Position numbers and translations under genes: made by a program. Shown in pieces: positions 46,331 through 52,157 of a stretch of 52,157 nt of DNA (position 1 is the stretch's first letter; each line of letters opens with the position of its first letter). Under the pieces are notes generated by a model. The model worked only from the letters and a program-made list of their open reading frames with translations, was not told the origin of the DNA and ran no database searches. Origin of the DNA: Chiloscyllium plagiosum (taxonomy: Eukaryota); the NCBI RefSeq assembly GCF_004010195.1, contig NC_057718.1:56180603-56232759 (forward strand), written 5' to 3'.

Positions 46331-47275
46331 ATGATTCTTTTGGTTTCAGGATACATCCAGTAACTTATTCAGCCCCTTTATTGTCTGATCTCAGAAGTAT
46401 ATTCTTGTGTCAATTGAAAGGTCTTGCAATTGTTCAATGCTTTTCTTCTCAGTCCTCTTGGCCACTGTCTCAAACACTCAAAGCTTGCCCATCCACTCAT
46501 TGATCTGACCATCTCTATCAGAAAACATAGTGAACCCATGGAGATGGTCAATGGGAAGGACTGGATCTCATCCAAAGAAGGGTTGGTGAGGACATTAACC
46601 TGATGATGAGTGCAGGATGCTATTATAGCATTAACCAGTTCTGAATTTGTCAAAGACATCCATGAGTATGAGAACATCCTTGATCCATTACTATTCAAGT
46701 CAAAGTCTATAAAATCTTTTACAAGGCCCTCCAGAAGTCTCTTGGCAAACAATGATCCATTTTGGTATGAAGTCACTTCCCTGCTTTAGCCAAAGTACAC
46801 CTTTATCAAATTTGCCAGTAGTCATCAATATCAGCAATCATCCTGATTCCAGTAACACCACTCTGTCAGCACAGTCAGCTTTAGTGTTGCTTTGTGTTCT
46901 GCTTAATCATGAACAGTTACCAAAACTAGAGAATTGAGGCTGTCAGAAAAGATGAGTTGCTTCACCTCTATGGCCTTGTAATGAATCAGCTGATAGAAGA
47001 CTCAATTCTCCTCCCTCATCCTCCTCTTCCAGCACCTCAAATGTTACTGTGCCAGTTTAGACTCCCTCATTATTTAGGTGGAAGTTGGGCTTTTCAGTAA
47101 TGGTGCTGTCTATTCATACCAATGTTAATCAGCTGAAATAGCCCACCTCAAAGCTAGCAATCCAATTGTCAAACTGGAGTAATTCTCCATATTCCTCATT
47201 TTTGACATGAGACTCCTACTGACATAAGCAGTAATCATTCTTCCTGTCTTGAGCCTTTCTGTTTGTAATCACACA

Positions 47276-47560
47276 CAGGATCAGCATTTATTGACATTAT
47301 TGGTATTATTGACCATTCCTAACTGCCCAGTCATAAGTAGGCCTGATTAGGTAAAGATGACAGATTGCCTTTCCAAGGACACTAGCTAACCTGATGGGAT
47401 TTTCTGACAATCAGCAATGGTCATCATTAGACCCTTAATTCCAGATGCTTTTCATTGAATTCAAATTTCACCATGGAGTGATTTGAACCCAGGTACCCAG
47501 AACATTAGCTGAGTTTCTGGATTAATAGTCCAGTTGTACAACCACTAGGGCATTGCCTCC
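47276..47560 (-). mobile_element. SINE family B nested in the Gypsy RNase H
   Basis: CAGCATTTATT..AGACCCTTAATTCCAGAT..TTTGAACCCAGG..CCCAGAACATTA..CCACTAGGGCATTGCCTCC. The RNase H motifs continue on both sides. Confidence 0.8.
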
Positions 47561-48659
47561 TCTGTGACAGCAGTGCTCTTAGGCTGAGGAAACTGGTGTC
47601 ACTTTCCAGTATGAAAGGGAAATGGAAATCTGGGAAGCCCAAGAATGGTTGATGAGACAAGCTTCTGCTTGTGGGTGCTGGAGTCCAACTCCCTGTGATG
47701 TATTGCACATCATTCATCCTTTCCAAACCAATCCTTTATCATTCTTTGATTTTCTTGACAGATCATGGAGTGAGGCAGACAACTGTACTTGCCCAAATCT
47801 CTTTTAGTCACTTCTTGACCAAGGAACCCAACGCAGATTCCCCCCCAACTTAGGCTGGGGCTATTCAGCTACCAGTTGGACTTTCTCTCCAACAGGAGTA
47901 ATGTTTTCATTGATAATGAACTTCCCCCAATGAATTGTGCTTATTTTAAGAAAAGTTGCTTTATTCTTTCAAGTTAAGCTGTGACAAATTGACTAAGATA
48001 GTGTATTGTCTTTATAAGGGTCTTCTCAAAAATTGAACAGGAGATGAGTATGTCATCTAAATAGACAAAGATGAACTTAAGGTTACCAAAAGCTTTATCC
48101 ATCAGACACACAAAGGCAGAAGGAGCAATACATAGGCCAAGTGGCTTTCATAAAGTTCCTCAGTGCCTTTTTGGAATACCATCGCTTCAATTTGTTCAGC
48201 AATGTATAGACAGTTGTAACTGTGGGCCAAACTGAGACTGAAGAAATGGTATGAACCTTAGAACTTGCAATTCTAGGTGGTGGGTAAGCATCATTTTAGG
48301 TCTTTGCACCAGTAATCGACACAGTTCCTCAGTTTTCCACTTTGTTTGCTCACAAGGTCTGCGGATGAAGCACATGGAATTGATGACACTTCGATGACAC
48401 CTCACTCCAAGCACTTCTGCAGACTGTCCCAGACATCGTCCCAGTGATGAGTGGGATCTAGTGATAAGGGACCTTTACTGAACAGTCACTGTTAGTCATA
48501 ATCCCATGATTTACTAGGCCGTAATACCCAAAGTCATGTTCATCTTTATGGAGAGTTGTCCCATACTTGGCAAGAGTAGAAACAAGCTTCCTTCTCTGTC
48601 CATCTTTGGAAATCCAGTGAGATATCTCCTCCAATCAGTCCATGACCCACGACATTATG

Positions 48660-49008
48660 GGGAGGCAACAGCCTAATGGTATTATTACTGGACTGTTAAT
48701 CTTTAAACCCAGGTAATGTTCTAGGGAACACTTGGGTTTGAATCACACCATGGCAGATAGTGAGTTTTGAATTCAATTTTTAAAAAAATCTGGAATTAAA
48801 TGACAAATGATGACCATGGCACCATTATCAATTATCAGAAAAGCCCTTATTTTCCACTTATACCCTTTAAGAAAAGAAACAACCATCCTTACCTTGTCTG
48901 GCTACATGTGACTCCAAACCCACAGCAATAAGATTGACTCTTAACTACCTCTGGGCAATAAATGGAGGCCTACATACTGATGCCCTTGTCAGTGAATGAA
49001 CTAAAAGA
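48660..49008 (+). mobile_element. SINE family B nested in the Gypsy element
   Basis: GGGAGGCAACAGCCTAATGGTATTATTACTGGACTGTTAATC head, family core, and GTGAATGAA tail. Confidence 0.82.
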
Positions 49009-50515
49009 AAATTGTGGCAGGTGTAAATACTTATATGGGAGTTCTTGGTTGGAGGTAAAGACCTTTGTCATTGAAATTGGCAATCCACAAGGGTAACCTA
49101 CTCTTTTTTCTAACAATGACAAAGGTGGCTGTCAGAGTTGCATCAAGTGGGAATTTTGCTACATGTGGAGATGGCTGGTGTGAGTGTTCAAGAACATTGA
49201 TGGTGCAGCCAGGTAGAGGGATAGCCCAATTCCCTGCTACTTGAACAATTCAGGGTGCCATACAGGTTGATAGACTTTATCTCTATTAAACATCTTCAAC
49301 TCTATTTGAACATTCCCATCCTTCACTGCTTCTGATCAGCAGTCCTTCAGTATTCTGGACCTGGTCAATTGGAAGAAGAGTAATAAAATCAAACAACTTC
49401 ACCAGCTCAAGGGATAAAGAAACCAAATTTTCCCTTTTGGCTTCTTGAACTCATAAAACCTCAGCTATAATGATATCAAGATAGGGCTGACCCCGAAACC
49501 TTTGTCAGTACATCAATGATCGGCTGCAGACTTCTCTGAACATCTGTGCTTCACCTGAATATTTCCTAAAAGGGCTTCCCTGCATAGATGTTCCATCACA
49601 AAAACCATCTACTCACTCGTGTTGAGGCTGCCATAACCAGCTGTGTGTCCTCAATCCAGCCTTTTATCATGGGATCTCTGAATCTGCATATCTCCCTACT
49701 CATCAGCAAGTGGAATATTCAACAAGGAGGTATTGTTTTCTTCTTCCATAGTATCAAGGGAACTCACATAGGGAGTCTATGTGGGTTTAGCCTAAAGTTC
49801 TGATTCCCTCTGCCAAATCTCAGCCTCCAATGCTCCCAGAGCAGCTTCAGCCTCCCTCTTGGACATTATCACCTTCAACTCATCCACCATCTGTTCCATC
49901 TCAGCCAGAGCTTTTCAACCTTGTCCACCATGACTTTGATGCTGGTGTTGGGGAACCCTGCTGATTGCCCCAGTAATGTTAACATAAGATTTAAATACAT
50001 AGAAGACCCAAAGATCATGAAGCAGGAATTCTTTATTCCTCATCATCTTCATTTCCATCTCTGGAAAAAAACAAATACAGGTTAATTTTCCTTCATGAAC
50101 TAGATTGGTCTGATTGAAACATCAGACATTCATTTACATGAGTTAGTCACTGTCAATTTTGGTATAGTGGATGGGCTGTGAAGAGCAACAATGACATTTT
50201 CTACCTGCATTGGAAGCCCAGTATAAACATCTAAACAACTTGTTATCCTAATTAATTAGCATAAATCTTTTGTAATCTTAATTGCTAAAGAAAAAGTTTT
50301 TTTTTCAACTGAGCACTCTATTCGCAATTCTTAGTCATGTGGCTAGGTTTAACCAGCATTTTGGAGATGCAAAACAAGAAAGCTGGCAAGATGGTGCAGG
50401 AAAGTGCTGGATATGGTACTCCTAATTAATAATCATTAATTAATTGGCTGTTACTAACTGATTGGCCTTAAATCCTTCTAACTGTCACAATGGTTCACAT
50501 TCTTCCTGCTTTCAG

Positions 50516-50606
50516 GTACGACAGTGGGAATTCTATCACTACCACTAACCGCAGTCCTTATCTCCCCATGAGATATTTGAATTCAGATACATCAGCACCA
50601 CCAAAG
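50516..50606 (+). CDS. Putative internal coding exon of an unidentified host gene (91 nt; YDSGNSITTTNRSPYLPMRYLNSDTSAPPK)
   Basis: Branch-like TTCTAAC (50476-50482), pyrimidine tract and acceptor TTCTTCCTGCTTTCAG|G, donor AAG|GTAGTT. Only one of the three frames is open (phase 2 in, phase 0 out). The segment keeps CpGs and sits in non-repeat, AT-rich flanks. Confidence 0.55.
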
Positions 50607-51429
50607 GTAGTTAAAGATAATTTTAATTGTCAAAAATAAGACTTTAATGACTTCCAAAGATATTTATAGAAAAGGTGTAATCTCCAAATTTTGATTGTAC
50701 AAATGTTGCAACAATGTTGAAATACAGCAAAGTGACTTATAGAATTGATGAAATTGTAGCAATGACCTAGGCAAGAATTATATCATCAAAATATATTTAT
50801 AGAACAAAATCTGGACATTGTATTAATTCAATCAATGTGTGCAGTGATAAAAAATAAAGTAATGATGATATATTGATTTTGCAACTTAAGCTTTTAAATG
50901 TTTAATGCAATTTTCAATGCAATTAGGTTGTAAAAGTACAGGCAGTATTTGAATTTAAGAAAAATAGCCATTAATATCACAGCAATTTCAGCAAAATATC
51001 AATCAAATGTCTTTTCAAATTTGGATCCAGGCCGTCTTGCCTTTTCACTGGGTTATCTCAGAAGCATTTTAAATTGTCTGATGGGGCCCTTTAGATATTA
51101 GTCTAATTCAGCTTTGTAATGATTGCAGTGCCATCTCTGCAACATAAATAATGAAAATTAAGGAATTCGGCATATTTTTCAGCCTATATTTTACGAGACA
51201 ACTATGATCCTTAATACATAAGACAAATTTCCAGAGGATAATGTACATTTCTTAAGGCGGTGATGGTTCTGAAGGAGTGGCTATTTTTCTACAATGGCAA
51301 GAACAGAGAGGGAGTTTGAGCCTGTTTCAAAAATAATAAAAGTGCAACAACTTTCTGAGATCAGTTCTATTAAAATATTGAAAATTAAGAATTGTCACTT
51401 TAAAGTATCTGCTAGCTAAATCTACACAA

Positions 51430-52157
51430 CTATATGGATGGATGAAGACTCGCCATCTGAGGTAGTTTGGGCTGAGGTTAGGAATAGGAAAGAGTTTCTA
51501 CAGGCCTCCTAATAGTCCTAGAGATGTAGAAGAAAGGATTGCGAGGATGATTCAGGAGAAGAGAGAAAGTAATAGGGTGGTTGTTATGGGGGACTTTAAC
51601 TTTCCAGATATTAACTCGGAAAGCTATAGCTCGAGTTCGTTAGATGGGTCAGTGTTTGTCCAATGTGTGCAGGAGGGTTTCCTGACACAATATGTAGACA
51701 GGCCAACAAGAGGTGAGGCCATACTGGATTTGGTTCTGGGTAACAAACCAGGCCAGGGGTTAGAATTGGAGGTAGGTGAGCACTTTGGGGACAGTGACCA
51801 CAATTCGGTGACTTTTACTCTAGTGATGGAGAGGGATAAGTGTGCACTGCAGGGCAAGAGTTATAGCTGGGGGCAGGGAAATTATGATGCGGTGAGGCAT
51901 GACTTAGGATGCATGGCTTGGAAAAGTAGGCTTCAAGGCAACGGCGCAATTGATATGTGGAGCTTGTTCAAGGAACAACTATTGAGTGTCCTTGATAAGT
52001 AAGTACCCGTCAGGCAGGGAGGAAAGGGTCGTGTGAAGGAGCTGTGGTTTAATAAGGAATTGGAATCCCTTGTTAAAGGGAAGAGGGCGGCCTATGTAAA
52101 GATGAAGCGTGAAGATTCAATTGGGGCGATTGAGAGTTATAAGGTAGACAGGAAGGA
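51430..52157 (+). mobile_element. CR1 LINE ORF2 APE endonuclease region, running off the window end
   Basis: ORF 51547-52002 VVVMGDFNFPDI..LTQYVDRPTRGEAILDLVL..GDSDHNSV. A premature stop is present at 52000-52002. Confidence 0.92.

Larger units (their letters stand above)
46340..49980 (-). mobile_element. Heavily decayed Ty3/Gypsy internal region (gag, RT, RNase H, integrase)
   Basis: On the minus strand: gag-like GWIEDTQL..FVMEHLCREA (~49560-49680); RT HHWDDVWDSLQKCLE*GVIEVSS..SGKLRNCVDY (~48310-48450) and APSAFVCLMDKAFG..VYLDDILI (YLDD 48052-48063); RNase H LGFPDFHFPFILESDTSF (ORF 47505-47726) and AYVSR..NYSSLTIGLLALRWAI (~47130-47240); integrase RCTLAK..GSLFAKRLLE..DF..VLILMDVFDKF (~46640-46810). 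Confidence 0.85.

Noticed and set aside
50034..50090. Minus-strand acceptor followed by DGNEDDEE*
   Set aside because: It lies at the 5' side of the decayed Gypsy gag, is very short, and has no supporting upstream exon.

Overview
This is eukaryotic, CpG-depleted vertebrate DNA, most likely from a cartilaginous fish (shark), judged from HE1-type tRNA-derived V-SINEs and abundant CR1/HER1-like LINE tails. It reads as a repeat-dominated intronic or intergenic region. No long intact gene is present, and nearly all listed ORFs are transposon fragments or chance frames. Recognisable content: many CR1 fragments, two tRNA-headed SINE families, L2 and L1/Tx1 fragments, and Penelope-like elements with GIY-YIG remnants and minimal hammerhead ribozyme motifs (one looks intact at 165-199). 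Also present are a decayed PIF/Harbinger Myb/SANT gene, a roughly 0.9 kb foldback element with about 260-bp inverted arms, and two decayed Ty3/Gypsy elements (one with both LTRs, a PBS and a PPT but a gag-to-integrase deletion). The most notable item is a decayed retrovirus-like provirus (about 16.3-20.05 kb) with an LPQG-type RT and a tether plus second RNase H architecture. One plausible 91-nt host coding exon lies at 50516-50606 (+); I cannot identify its gene. All motif calls come from manual translation and alignment, not database searches, and element boundaries are approximate.
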